Positions 18,770 through 28,257 of a stretch of DNA of 64,000 bases are shown piece after piece. The stretch comes from an uncultured Lachnospiraceae bacterium. GTDB taxonomy: Bacteria; Bacillota; Clostridia; Lachnospirales; Lachnospiraceae. The notes under the pieces are model-generated. The model was not told the origin of the DNA, did no database searches, and saw nothing but the letters and a program-made list of their open reading frames with translations. The position numbers were made by a program, and so were the translations under genes. Within the stretch, counting starts at the first letter, position 1. The number at the start of each line of letters is the position of its first letter. Location: positions 2,683 through 66,682 of the forward strand of contig CALWET010000095.1 in the NCBI GenBank assembly GCA_944377385.1, written 5' to 3'.

Positions 18770-21242
18770 ATCATATACATCACTATTTTGTGCGCTGATT
18801 TTAACAGCGCTTTTTTTGCTGTACCAGGATCCTGGGAATGTATATGGAGCCCAGTCTGTATCCGGTACAGTAAAGAGCGGAGAATCCACGGTGCTGTTGG
18901 AGCTTCCAGAGGCTGAGGGAAAGGTAGAACTGGCAGTGAGCTATGGCTTTCAGAATCTTGCCAAATCCAGGGATTATCTGCCAATAGAGATAGAAATAAC
19001 AAATGAAAGTCCTAAAAATTGCGATAAATTATATATTGAAATAGAAAATATATATGGGAATAATATAAAATACGGTTATGATATAAATATTCCCAGCAAA
19101 ACAAAAGAAAGCTTCAGTACTGCCATAAATGTGCCGGATTATGTGGACAGTCTGTTGATAAGAGTTGAAACAGAGGATGGAGAGCTGCTTTCGGAACATG
19201 TGGAGGCAGTGGATATTTCCCAGGGCGGCAGTGAGATATTGATAGGGCTGCTGTCTAATGAGGCCGACAGCCTTTCCTATCTCAGGGGCATCAGCTTAAG
19301 CGAATCGGGACTTAGTACAAGGACGGTGGTATTAAATCCATCCAGCATGCCTGTAAGCCGTGCCGGCCTGGAACAGCTGGATATGATAGTCATATCTGAT
19401 TTTGACATGAACAGGCTTTCAGAGCATATCGAGCCCATATATGAATGGGTAAGGGACGGAGGCGTACTTCTGATAGGGACCGGAGCTGCAAGGGATCCTC
19501 TCAAGGGCTTTGAAGACCGTATAGCCGGACTTGAGATCTCTGAGCCGGAGACCATGGAAGTAAACATGGGGATACGCTACAGCACTGATGGACCCGATGG
19601 GGCCCTTTTGGATCTGGCTGTAAGGGAGATCTATGCCGACGGAGGGATACAGGCCATGCAGTCAGGCAGCCTGGCCGTACTTACGAATATAAATGAGGGC
19701 AACGGAGTGATAGGCATAGCGGCCTACAGCCTTTGTGATATAAGTGAATTCTGCTTTGAACAGCTGGGCTATGTCGAGGAGCTGGTGGGCTCGCTTATGG
19801 GGAGCACCAGGATACGTCAGCTGGACAGATCAGTAAATGAAAAGGGCTCGTTATGGCAGCAGATCAGGGCCTTTACGGATGTAGCTGACAATGAGCGCAT
19901 ACCCAATGTTGCAGTATATCTTTTTATAGCCATAGCCTATGCAGGCCTGTGCATACCTCTCATGTATTTTGTTCTCAAGCTTCATGGGCTGTCCATGTAC
20001 TATCCCTTTGGCATAGCCATAGCGTCATTTGTCACGGTCATTGCCATATGGATCGCAGGATATGGGACCAGATTTGAAAATGATGCGATAGATTATGCGT
20101 CCATTACCTATGTAAGTGACGACAGCATAAATGAGACGTATTTCATAAAGATCATGCCTGTGAAAAAGGGAGAGCTCAGTCTTGAGCTTCAGGGTGGAAG
20201 TGATGCGATGCCCATACTTCCTTCAGGATCGGATCGCGGAGAAAAGAGCCTGTGGGACACGGATTACGGAGAGTATATGGAGCTCTATCATGGAGATGAC
20301 AGTCTGACAAGGATCTCCATAGGCACTGATGAGGCATTTTCTGAATTTTACTTTGAGACCAGGAGATATATAGACAATAATGGCTCAAATCTGCCTTCTG
20401 CAGTAGGGATCAGATATTTTGAGGATGAGCTGAGTGGTGAGCTGATCAATGAGACTGATATGGATCTGAGGAATGTAAGTCTGCTCATGTTCGGCCGCAT
20501 CATAAAGGTCGGTGACATCGGTGCCGGAGAGAGTGTAAGGCTTGAAGGCATAGAGACTGTCTATGGGCCAACCGGATCGGCAGAGCTGACCTCAGCCTAC
20601 ATTACGGGTATGGATGATCCGGATGCCAGTGAGGATAACAGATCCCGGCTGATCAGGGAAACACAGCTGCTTTCATATTATCTCAGGGATATGATGGGAT
20701 ATTATTATCAGGATATAAGACTGGTTGCCTTTGTGGAGGATACGGAGTCGCCGGTGACGGCCCTGGAGGATATGGAAGCAGAGGGGATCGGCCTTATCGT
20801 TGCTAATCTGGATGTGGATTTTACGGATGGAAGGAATTTATACAGATCTGCTCTGGCCACAGAGCCAAGGATAGTAAGCGGAAGCTATGATATAGCTTCA
20901 AATACCATCAGCGGAAGCTCTGCGGCCGTCATAGAGTACAGGCTTGGAACCGATATCAGTGTGGAGGCCGTAAGGTTTAACAGGCTTTCAGAAAGATTCT
21001 GGGGGAGGCAGGATGAAAATGGTGATAAACTGGTCCCCTTCAGCGGAGCAATGTCCATATATAATTACAGTACAGGCAGCTATGACCTGATGGATTCTGA
21101 CCGCATAGCTTTTACTGATGAGGAGATAAGGCCCTATATGTCCCCGGAAAATGCCATCATGGTCAGATACATACCTGATGAAAATACCTCTGAGGACAGC
21201 AAGATGTTCCTGCCTGTACCTACGGTCACGGGGGTGGGATGA
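18747..21242 (+). CDS. 831-aa membrane protein with two large extracytoplasmic domains; possible ABC-transporter auxiliary (GldG-like) component
   Basis: The TTG start overlaps the kinase 3' end. A signal-peptide-like N-terminus is present (LFCALILTALFLL..VYG/AQ). The motif DMIVISDFDMNRLSEHIEPIYEWVRDGGVLLIGTG resembles the GATase1-like module of ABC_transp_aux proteins. A central TM hairpin (VAVYLFIAIAYAGLCIPLMYFVL, GIAIASFVTVIAIWIAGYG) is followed by a roughly 370-aa C-terminal domain with no motif I recognise. Confidence 0.45.
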   Translation: MKILKEHKSYTSLFCALILTALFLLYQDPGNVYGAQSVSGTVKSGESTVLLELPEAEGKVELAVSYGFQNLAKSRDYLPIEIEITNESPKNCDKLYIEIENIYGNNIKYGYDINIPSKTKESFSTAINVPDYVDSLLIRVETEDGELLSEHVEAVDISQGGSEILIGLLSNEADSLSYLRGISLSESGLSTRTVVLNPSSMPVSRAGLEQLDMIVISDFDMNRLSEHIEPIYEWVRDGGVLLIGTGAARDPLKGFEDRIAGLEISEPETMEVNMGIRYSTDGPDGALLDLAVREIYADGGIQAMQSGSLAVLTNINEGNGVIGIAAYSLCDISEFCFEQLGYVEELVGSLMGSTRIRQLDRSVNEKGSLWQQIRAFTDVADNERIPNVAVYLFIAIAYAGLCIPLMYFVLKLHGLSMYYPFGIAIASFVTVIAIWIAGYGTRFENDAIDYASITYVSDDSINETYFIKIMPVKKGELSLELQGGSDAMPILPSGSDRGEKSLWDTDYGEYMELYHGDDSLTRISIGTDEAFSEFYFETRRYIDNNGSNLPSAVGIRYFEDELSGELINETDMDLRNVSLLMFGRIIKVGDIGAGESVRLEGIETVYGPTGSAELTSAYITGMDDPDASEDNRSRLIRETQLLSYYLRDMMGYYYQDIRLVAFVEDTESPVTALEDMEAEGIGLIVANLDVDFTDGRNLYRSALATEPRIVSGSYDIASNTISGSSAAVIEYRLGTDISVEAVRFNRLSERFWGRQDENGDKLVPFSGAMSIYNYSTGSYDLMDSDRIAFTDEEIRPYMSPENAIMVRYIPDENTSEDSKMFLPVPTVTGVG

Positions 21243-22213
21243 TGCTCAGATTAGAGGGAATAACTAAATTTTATGGGCAGTTTTGTGCATTGAACGGATT
21301 GAGTATGGAGGTGGAGGATGGGGCTCTTTACGGCTTTGTCGGGCCCAATGGAGCAGGAAAGTCCACAGCCATGAGGATAATGTGCGGAATACTGGCACCT
21401 ACCTCCGGAAAAGTGAGTATTGACGGAAAGGAGCTAAGGAGCGGAGATCAGAAACAGGGAAGGCTCATTGGCTATGTTCCGGATTCCTTTGGTATCTATA
21501 ATGATCTCAAGGTATACGAGTATATGGATTTTTTTGCTTCCTGCTATGGAATGACCGGACTTACGGCCAGGAAGCGCATAGAAGAGCTGCTTGAATTCGT
21601 AGGGCTTTCGGAAAGATCGGATTTTTTCGTGGAAGCCTTATCCAGAGGGATGAAGCAGAAGCTTTCTCTGGCCAGAGCCCTGATACATGACCCCTCCATC
21701 CTTATACTGGATGAGCCTAATTCAGGACTTGATCCAAGATCCAGGTATGAATTTAAAAGCATACTTTCAAGACTTTCCGACGAGGGAAAGACGATGGTCA
21801 TAAGCTCACATATGCTGAATGACATCTCAGAGCTTTGTACGGACATAGGCATCATAGATCACGGAAGCATGGTCATGTCGGGGAGGCTCAGTGAGGTGAT
21901 GAAGATAGTGACCTCAGAAAATCCCATAGTCATAGGAGTAGAGACGGGATTATCAAGGGCCATCAGGTCACTCAAGGAAAGGGAAATGGTCAGATCCATG
22001 AGCATAAAGGGCAATGACATACTGATCAACTTCGGAGGTGACAGGAGGGCAGAGGCTGAGCTTCTCAGGGAGCTTATAGAAGAGGGCATAGGGATAAGGA
22101 GCTTTTCGAGACAGAAGGGGTCGCTGGAATCCATATTCATGCAGCTGACCGGTCACGGTGAGGAAAAGCTCGTAAATGCCTATGAAAATGGAAGGGATGA
22201 GGATCAGCTTTGA
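21239..22213 (+). CDS. ABC transporter ATP-binding protein (ABC-2 subfamily)
   Basis: Walker A GPNGAGKST, signature LSRGMKQKL and Walker B ILILDEP are present, plus a roughly 100-aa C-terminal extension. The start overlaps the upstream stop (ATGATG/TGA). Confidence 0.9.
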   Translation: MMLRLEGITKFYGQFCALNGLSMEVEDGALYGFVGPNGAGKSTAMRIMCGILAPTSGKVSIDGKELRSGDQKQGRLIGYVPDSFGIYNDLKVYEYMDFFASCYGMTGLTARKRIEELLEFVGLSERSDFFVEALSRGMKQKLSLARALIHDPSILILDEPNSGLDPRSRYEFKSILSRLSDEGKTMVISSHMLNDISELCTDIGIIDHGSMVMSGRLSEVMKIVTSENPIVIGVETGLSRAIRSLKEREMVRSMSIKGNDILINFGGDRRAEAELLRELIEEGIGIRSFSRQKGSLESIFMQLTGHGEEKLVNAYENGRDEDQL

Positions 22214-23103
22214 ATATTAATCCTATTTTGAAAAGAGAGCTCAGAGTCCAGAGCAGAGGACATGGACTGCTTGTGCTCATATGCGGTGTAAATGCCATAC
22301 TGTTCATGATAGGCGTATTGGGATGCCTGGCAGCAGCTGCCAGGACGGAGCAGAGCCTGGCTGCGGATTATGGAGTCCTGCTGGATATATATGGACTTGT
22401 GGCAATGGCACTGTTTGTGTTCATGGTCATGATATGTCCTGCACTTACCTCCGGCAGTATCTCAGGTGAGCGTCAGTCAAAGACACTGGAGCTTCTGATG
22501 GCTACAGGCATGAGCGATATGTCCATAATCCTTGGGAAGCTTGCAGCTTCCCTTTATACTGTAGCCGTGCTCCTGATCTCCTGCATACCCTCCATAGTGC
22601 TTCCTCTGGTGTACGGGGGCGTCAGCCTTTTAGAGATGCTTCAGCTTGTGATGGCACTTATGACAGCAGCGCTCATGACCCAGAGCCTGGGACTTTTTGC
22701 AGGTACACTTGGATTTTCAGTACAAAGAAGCACTGCTTTGGCATATATATTTCTTGTAGTCCTGCTGTTTGGCACCTTCCTGCCGGCATTTATGGGCATG
22801 CCTTTTTCTGTTTACGGAAGGGATAACTGGCTTGCACTGCTGCTGATATTAAATCCTGCCGTGACCGTGCTTTCTGTTGTGTCGATGCAGGTGGGAGGAG
22901 GATCTTTTCCGGCAGAGCTGTTTGCCAGGCTTAACCTGGATGTATCAGAGGTGTTTCTCGGGCATTATATCCCGGCTGCCATGATCGCAGAACTGTTTTT
23001 TTCGCTGATGATCATTTTTGCCTCGGTAAAAAGCCTGGACATGGCCCGGGGAGGCTTTGGCTATCTTTTAAGAAAAAGGAAGAAAGAAGGCATTGAAAAA
23101 TAG
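22210..23103 (+). CDS. ABC-2 family transporter permease
   Basis: The TTG start overlaps the ATPase stop. It has six or more TM helices. The N-terminus NPILKRELRVQSRG is typical of NosY/GldF-type ABC-2 permeases. Confidence 0.75.
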   Translation: MNINPILKRELRVQSRGHGLLVLICGVNAILFMIGVLGCLAAAARTEQSLAADYGVLLDIYGLVAMALFVFMVMICPALTSGSISGERQSKTLELLMATGMSDMSIILGKLAASLYTVAVLLISCIPSIVLPLVYGGVSLLEMLQLVMALMTAALMTQSLGLFAGTLGFSVQRSTALAYIFLVVLLFGTFLPAFMGMPFSVYGRDNWLALLLILNPAVTVLSVVSMQVGGGSFPAELFARLNLDVSEVFLGHYIPAAMIAELFFSLMIIFASVKSLDMARGGFGYLLRKRKKEGIEK

Positions 23104-23156
23104 ATAGCCTGTATGTAAAATATAAAAGCATTTTCAATAAGGAGCAAAGAAAGGCT

Positions 23157-24227
23157 TTGAACAAGAGGATCATACTGACAGGCGGCGGGACTGCCGGACA
23201 TGTTACACCGAATATGGCTCTTATCCCCAGGCTGAAGGAAAAGGGATATGAGATATTATATATAGGCTCGGTAAATGGTATCGAGCAGAAGCTGATAACT
23301 GATATTGGCGTGGAATACAGGGCTATTTCCAGCGGCAAGCTAAGGAGATATTTTGATCTCAAAAACTTTACCGATCCCTTCAGAGTGCTAAAGGGTTATT
23401 TCCAGGCAAGAAGGATAATACGCAGCTTCAGGCCCGACGTGGTCTTTTCAAAGGGCGGCTTTGTAGCTGTGCCGGTGACCTTTGCGGCAAAAAGGCAAGG
23501 TGTGCCTGTCATATCCCATGAATCGGATATGACCCCAGGCCTGGCAAACAAGCTGAGCATGCCTTCAGCAAAAAAGATCTGCTGCAATTTTCCGGAGACT
23601 CTTAAATATCTTCCAAAGGAAAAGGAAGTGCTTACGGGATCTCCCATAAGGGAAGAGCTTTTGTCAGGAAACAGGGAGCAGGGACTTTTGTATGCCGGCC
23701 TTGATGGAGAAAAGCCCGTAATAATGATCATAGGAGGCTCCCTTGGAGCCGTACACATAAATGATCAGGTCAGAGCCGTGCTGGACAGGCTGCTTGAGAG
23801 CTTCGACGTCATACACATATGCGGAAAGGGACATCTGGAGCCCAGTCTCCAGGGCAGGAAAGGCTATGTTCAGTATGAGTATGTTGATGCACCCCTCAAG
23901 GATCTTTTTGCTGCGTCGGATATGATAGTATCCAGGGCAGGAGCAAATGCCATATGCGAGATACTGGCTCTCAGAAAACCGAATCTGCTGATACCTCTGC
24001 CAAAGGCTTCCAGCAGAGGAGATCAGATACTGAATGCCCGTTCCTTTGAGGAACAGGGCTTTTCAAAGCTTTTGATGGAAGAGGATATGAATGACGAAAG
24101 CTTCCTTTCTGCTCTTAGAGAGCTCTGGGATGAGCGCAGCAGGTATGTAAGCTCCATGGAAGCCTCTCCCTTATCAAACGCCGTTGATGTTATTACAGGA
24201 CTTATCGAGGATGCCTGCAAAAAATGA
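23157..24227 (+). CDS. murG: UDP-N-acetylglucosamine--N-acetylmuramyl-(pentapeptide) pyrophosphoryl-undecaprenol GlcNAc transferase
   Basis: TTG start. The G-loop TGGGTAGHVTPNMALIP is present, with GGFVAVPV, GGSLGA and a C-terminal SRAGANAICE..L..P..LIP pattern as in MurG. Confidence 0.9.
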   Translation: MNKRIILTGGGTAGHVTPNMALIPRLKEKGYEILYIGSVNGIEQKLITDIGVEYRAISSGKLRRYFDLKNFTDPFRVLKGYFQARRIIRSFRPDVVFSKGGFVAVPVTFAAKRQGVPVISHESDMTPGLANKLSMPSAKKICCNFPETLKYLPKEKEVLTGSPIREELLSGNREQGLLYAGLDGEKPVIMIIGGSLGAVHINDQVRAVLDRLLESFDVIHICGKGHLEPSLQGRKGYVQYEYVDAPLKDLFAASDMIVSRAGANAICEILALRKPNLLIPLPKASSRGDQILNARSFEEQGFSKLLMEEDMNDESFLSALRELWDERSRYVSSMEASPLSNAVDVITGLIEDACKK

Positions 24228-25108
24228 AAATGATCGAAGCCTCACATGTTTTCTACGAATATGTGCAGAGAGATGAAAATGATAATATAGAAGAAGTGAG
24301 CATGGCCCTTAAAGATCTGAACCTGTCAGTGGATAAGGGCTCCTTTGTGTGCATACTCGGGCATAATGGCTCGGGAAAATCCACCTTTGCAAAGCTCCTT
24401 AATGGGCTTCAGCTTCCTAAGGAGGGCACGGTGCTGATATCCGGTATGGATACCAGAGAGGACTCTTCGCTGCTTGCCATAAGAAAAAGCTGCGGGATGG
24501 TATTCCAAAATCCTGACAATCAGATCATAGCAAATGTGGTCGAGGAGGATGTGGCCTTTGGCCCGGAAAATCTGGGACTGCAGTCTGATGAGATAGTAAG
24601 GCGGGTGGATGAGGCCCTTGAAAAGGTTGGAATGAGTGCATTCAGGATGAAATCTCCCAACATGCTTTCCGGAGGACAGAAGCAAAGAGTAGCCATAGCC
24701 GGAGTAGTGGCCATGAAGCCGGAATGTATAGTTCTGGATGAGCCTACGGCCATGCTTGATCCCAGCGGCAGGAGAGATGTCATAAGGACTGTCAGGGAGC
24801 TTAATAAAAAAGAAGGTATAACCATTGTCCATATAACCCACTACATGGAGGAAGCCGTGTATGCTGATCGTATCGTAGTCATGGACGACGGAAAGGCAGT
24901 CATGGATGGCACTCCCAGAGAGATCTTTTCAAGAGTAGAGGAGCTGAGGGAACTTTCTCTCAGCGTGCCTCAGGCTACTGAGCTTGCACACGAGCTGAGG
25001 AAGGAGGGGCTTCCCCTTCCTGAGGGCATACTGACCATGGAGGAGCTGCTTCAGTATCTGGTCCCTCTGATGAAGAATAAAGGCACAGGAGGAGGAAAGA
25101 ATGCTTAG
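24224..25108 (+). CDS. ecfA1: energy-coupling factor transporter ATPase
   Basis: Walker A GHNGSGKST, signature LSGGQKQRVAIAG and Walker B IVLDEPTAMLDP are present, with ECF-type N- and C-termini. Confidence 0.88.
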   Translation: MKMIEASHVFYEYVQRDENDNIEEVSMALKDLNLSVDKGSFVCILGHNGSGKSTFAKLLNGLQLPKEGTVLISGMDTREDSSLLAIRKSCGMVFQNPDNQIIANVVEEDVAFGPENLGLQSDEIVRRVDEALEKVGMSAFRMKSPNMLSGGQKQRVAIAGVVAMKPECIVLDEPTAMLDPSGRRDVIRTVRELNKKEGITIVHITHYMEEAVYADRIVVMDDGKAVMDGTPREIFSRVEELRELSLSVPQATELAHELRKEGLPLPEGILTMEELLQYLVPLMKNKGTGGGKNA

Positions 25109-25904
25109 GGATATAACCATAGGCCAGTATTATCCTGTTTCTTCACCTCTTCACAGACTTGATCCCAGGACAAAGCTGGCAGGCACGATGCTGTATCTGC
25201 TGTCACTTTTTATGACGGACAGGCTGACAGGATATCTGATAGCCACGGTTTTTCTGTTTACGGTCATAAGGCTTTCAAGGGTCCCCTTCAGATTTATGGT
25301 AAAGGGGCTCAAGGCCATTATCCTGCTTTTGGCTCTTTCCGTTTCCTTCAATATGTTTTTGACACCGGGAAGAGAGCTTTTCAGGCTTGGCTTCATCTCC
25401 ATAACCTATGAAGGACTGTTTACGGCGGCTTTCATGGCCATAAGGCTTGTTTATCTGGTGCTGGGGTCCTCCATAATGACTCTGACCACGACTCCAAACG
25501 CCCTGACGGACGGGCTGGAAAAGAGTCTTGGCTTTATGAAACGCTTTGGCGTGCCGGTCCATGAGATAGCCATGATGATGTCCATAGCTCTCAGGTTCAT
25601 ACCGATACTGGTGGAAGAGACCGACAAGATAATGAAGGCCCAGACAGCCAGAGGAGCGGATTTTGAAAGCGGAGGACTCATAAAAAAGGCCAGGGCCATG
25701 GTGCCGCTTTTGGTGCCCCTGTTCATATCGGCCTTCAGGAGGGCGCTGGATCTGTCCATGGCTATGGAGGCAAGGTGCTATCACGGAGGTGAGGGCAGGA
25801 CAAAGATGAAGCCTCTCAGGTATGGGAAAAATGATCGTATTGCGTATGTGATAGTCATCATATATTTTATTGTGATGGGATCGACCAATCTCCTCCCATT
25901 TTAG
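25101..25904 (+). CDS. ecfT: energy-coupling factor transporter transmembrane subunit
   Basis: This is CbiQ/EcfT-type. The N-terminus shows GQYYPVSSPLHRLDPRTKL, and the coupling-helix motifs ARG..FES and FRRALDLSMAMEARCY are present. Confidence 0.88.
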   Translation: MLRDITIGQYYPVSSPLHRLDPRTKLAGTMLYLLSLFMTDRLTGYLIATVFLFTVIRLSRVPFRFMVKGLKAIILLLALSVSFNMFLTPGRELFRLGFISITYEGLFTAAFMAIRLVYLVLGSSIMTLTTTPNALTDGLEKSLGFMKRFGVPVHEIAMMMSIALRFIPILVEETDKIMKAQTARGADFESGGLIKKARAMVPLLVPLFISAFRRALDLSMAMEARCYHGGEGRTKMKPLRYGKNDRIAYVIVIIYFIVMGSTNLLPF

Positions 25905-25913
25905 GAGCAAAAA

Positions 25914-26774
25914 ATGTCATTGAAAGCAGAGCATCTGACGCATATATATCAAAAGGGGACGGCCATGGAATCCTGTGCGCTGTCTGACATATCCTTTGAG
26001 ATAGAGGACGGCAGCTTTGTAGGGCTCATAGGCCATACAGGTTCGGGCAAATCCACTCTTATCCAGCATTTGAACGGGCTTATCAGGCCTACCGAAGGTA
26101 CCATATATTATGAGGGAGAGGACATATTTTCGGAAGGCTATGATCTGAGATCATTAAGAGCAAAGGTTGGACTGGTGTTTCAATATCCGGAGTATCAGCT
26201 TTTTGAGCAGGATGTACTCACGGATGTGAAATTCGGCCCTAAGAATATGGGAGCCTCGGAGGAAGAGGCGGAAAAGAGAGCGGTGGAGGCTCTGAAGCTT
26301 GTAGGAGTATCTGAGGAGCTGTTTAAAAGGAGCCCCTTTGAGATCTCCGGAGGGCAGAAAAGAAGAGTTGCCATAGCCGGTGTCCTTTCCATGGAACCCA
26401 GAGTGCTGATACTTGATGAGCCTACGGCGGGACTGGATCCCAGAGGCAGAGACGAGATACTTGACAGTATTGACAGGCTTCATCGGGAAAGAGGGATAAC
26501 GATCATACTAGTGTCGCACAGCATGGAGGATGTTGCCAGATATGCCGACAAGCTTATGGTGCTGGATAAAAGCAGACTGAAATTCTTTGATGAGCCAAAG
26601 AAGGTATTCAGCCATTACAGGGAGCTTGAGCGTATGGGGCTTTCCGCACCGCAGATCACCTATCTGGCAGCAGGGCTCAGAAAGGAAGGCATCATGGTAG
26701 ACGAGGAGATCAGTACGGTCGGGGAGGCAAAGGCAGAGATACTCAGGATCATAAATGAGACGGATAAGGCTTAA
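25914..26774 (+). CDS. ecfA2: energy-coupling factor transporter ATPase
   Basis: Walker A GHTGSGKST, signature ISGGQKRRVAIAG and Walker B LILDEPTAGLDP are present. The N-terminus resembles EcfA2 (L.HIY.KGT..E..AL.DIS). Confidence 0.88.
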   Translation: MSLKAEHLTHIYQKGTAMESCALSDISFEIEDGSFVGLIGHTGSGKSTLIQHLNGLIRPTEGTIYYEGEDIFSEGYDLRSLRAKVGLVFQYPEYQLFEQDVLTDVKFGPKNMGASEEEAEKRAVEALKLVGVSEELFKRSPFEISGGQKRRVAIAGVLSMEPRVLILDEPTAGLDPRGRDEILDSIDRLHRERGITIILVSHSMEDVARYADKLMVLDKSRLKFFDEPKKVFSHYRELERMGLSAPQITYLAAGLRKEGIMVDEEISTVGEAKAEILRIINETDKA

Positions 26775-27546
26775 AATTGCATATGACGGAACGGATTTTT
26801 ATGGATTTCAGAAGCTGCCCGGCAGGCGTACAGTTGAGGAAGAACTGAACAGAGCTCTGTCTGAGATCTGTCGTGAAAGCATAACGGTCATAGGCGCAAG
26901 CAGGACGGACAGCGGCGTGCACGCCCTTGGAAACATAGCGGTTTTCGACACGGAAAGCACCATACCCGAGGACAGATTTTGCCTGGCTGCAAATACGAAG
27001 CTGCCGGAGGACATAAGGCTGCTGTCCTCTGAGAGCTGCGAGCTCTCCTGGCATCCGAGGAGGCAGGAATGTATAAAGACCTATGAATACCATATTTACA
27101 ACTCCAGGATCATGGATCCCCTAAAGAGGAGATACAGCCTTCACTGTCCATACAGACTGGACAAGGATGCAATGAGCTCTGCCCTTGAGTTTTTTATTGG
27201 CAGCCACGATTTTACGGCCTTTTCAAATCCGGCATCCCAGGTACTTATGAGGGGAGGAAGCCCTGTACGCCGTATCTCTGATGCAGAGCTTTACTGTGAA
27301 GGAAGCGAGCTTGCGGAGGACAGGCATGGAGAAATGATACTGAAATTAAGGGGAAACGGGTTTCTGTATCATATGGTCAGGATAATTGCCGGAACACTGA
27401 TAGAGGTGGGTACAGGAGCAAGAAGGCCTGAATCCATAAAGGATATCCTTATTTCCGGAGACAGGAGGAAAGCCGGGATGACGGCTCCGGCCTGCGGCCT
27501 TTGGCTCAGGTCCATTGTCTATGAAACGGATGGGATGGATATATAG
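26755..27546 (+). CDS. truA: tRNA pseudouridine(38-40) synthase
   Basis: The motifs MRRIRLKIAYDGTDFYGFQ and GASRTDSGVHALGN (catalytic Asp) are present, with a C-terminal FLYHMVRIIAGTL. Confidence 0.92.
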   Translation: MRRIRLKIAYDGTDFYGFQKLPGRRTVEEELNRALSEICRESITVIGASRTDSGVHALGNIAVFDTESTIPEDRFCLAANTKLPEDIRLLSSESCELSWHPRRQECIKTYEYHIYNSRIMDPLKRRYSLHCPYRLDKDAMSSALEFFIGSHDFTAFSNPASQVLMRGGSPVRRISDAELYCEGSELAEDRHGEMILKLRGNGFLYHMVRIIAGTLIEVGTGARRPESIKDILISGDRRKAGMTAPACGLWLRSIVYETDGMDI

Positions 27547-27552
27547 GACAGG

Positions 27553-28221
27553 ATGTTTATGATAAAGGCATTTTTATTTGACATGGACGGAACGGTATTT
27601 GATACCGAACGGATATATCTCAGAGCCTGGCATCTGGCAGCTGAAAGCCTTGGGTATGATATGCCAGAGGAGCTTATAGAAAGCATGAGAGGCTCTGCCA
27701 TAAGCAGAGGAAAGAGGATCTTTGACGAGTATTTTCATGGGCAGCATGATTATATGGAGATAAGGAACCTCAGAAGAAGGCTTTCTGACAGGATCATAGA
27801 TGAGGAAGGACTGAGGCTGAAGCCGGGAGCCAGGGAGCTGATCTGCTTTCTTAGGGAGCGGGGATGCAGGACGGCACTTGCTACCTCTACCTATGGAGAA
27901 ATAGCTCAGAAATATCTGAAGCTGAGCCATATGGAGGAAATGTTTGACTGTGTGGTCACCGGGGACATGGTAAAGAAAAGCAAGCCTGACCCGGAGATAT
28001 TCCTGATCTGCGCGGATATCCTTGACATACCTGTCACTGAAGCTGCAGTATGTGAGGATTCACTGAACGGGATCATGGCTGCAAGAGCCTCCGGAGCCAC
28101 CTCCTTTTATGTGAAGGATATCACTTACATACCAGAGGACAGGCTTTCGCTATATGCAGATGGCTGTTTTGAGGATCTGTTTGAGCTCAGGGAGCATCTT
28201 GAAAGGACTGGAATGATATGA
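27553..28221 (+). CDS. HAD-IA family hydrolase (beta-phosphoglucomutase/sugar-phosphatase-like)
   Basis: HAD motifs are present: I FDMDGTVFDT, II ATST, III KSKPDPEIF, IV EDSLNGIMAA. Confidence 0.8.
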   Translation: MFMIKAFLFDMDGTVFDTERIYLRAWHLAAESLGYDMPEELIESMRGSAISRGKRIFDEYFHGQHDYMEIRNLRRRLSDRIIDEEGLRLKPGARELICFLRERGCRTALATSTYGEIAQKYLKLSHMEEMFDCVVTGDMVKKSKPDPEIFLICADILDIPVTEAAVCEDSLNGIMAARASGATSFYVKDITYIPEDRLSLYADGCFEDLFELREHLERTGMI

Positions 28222-28257
28222 TCCGAAAAAGGACTGAAATGATATAACTATAATGTC

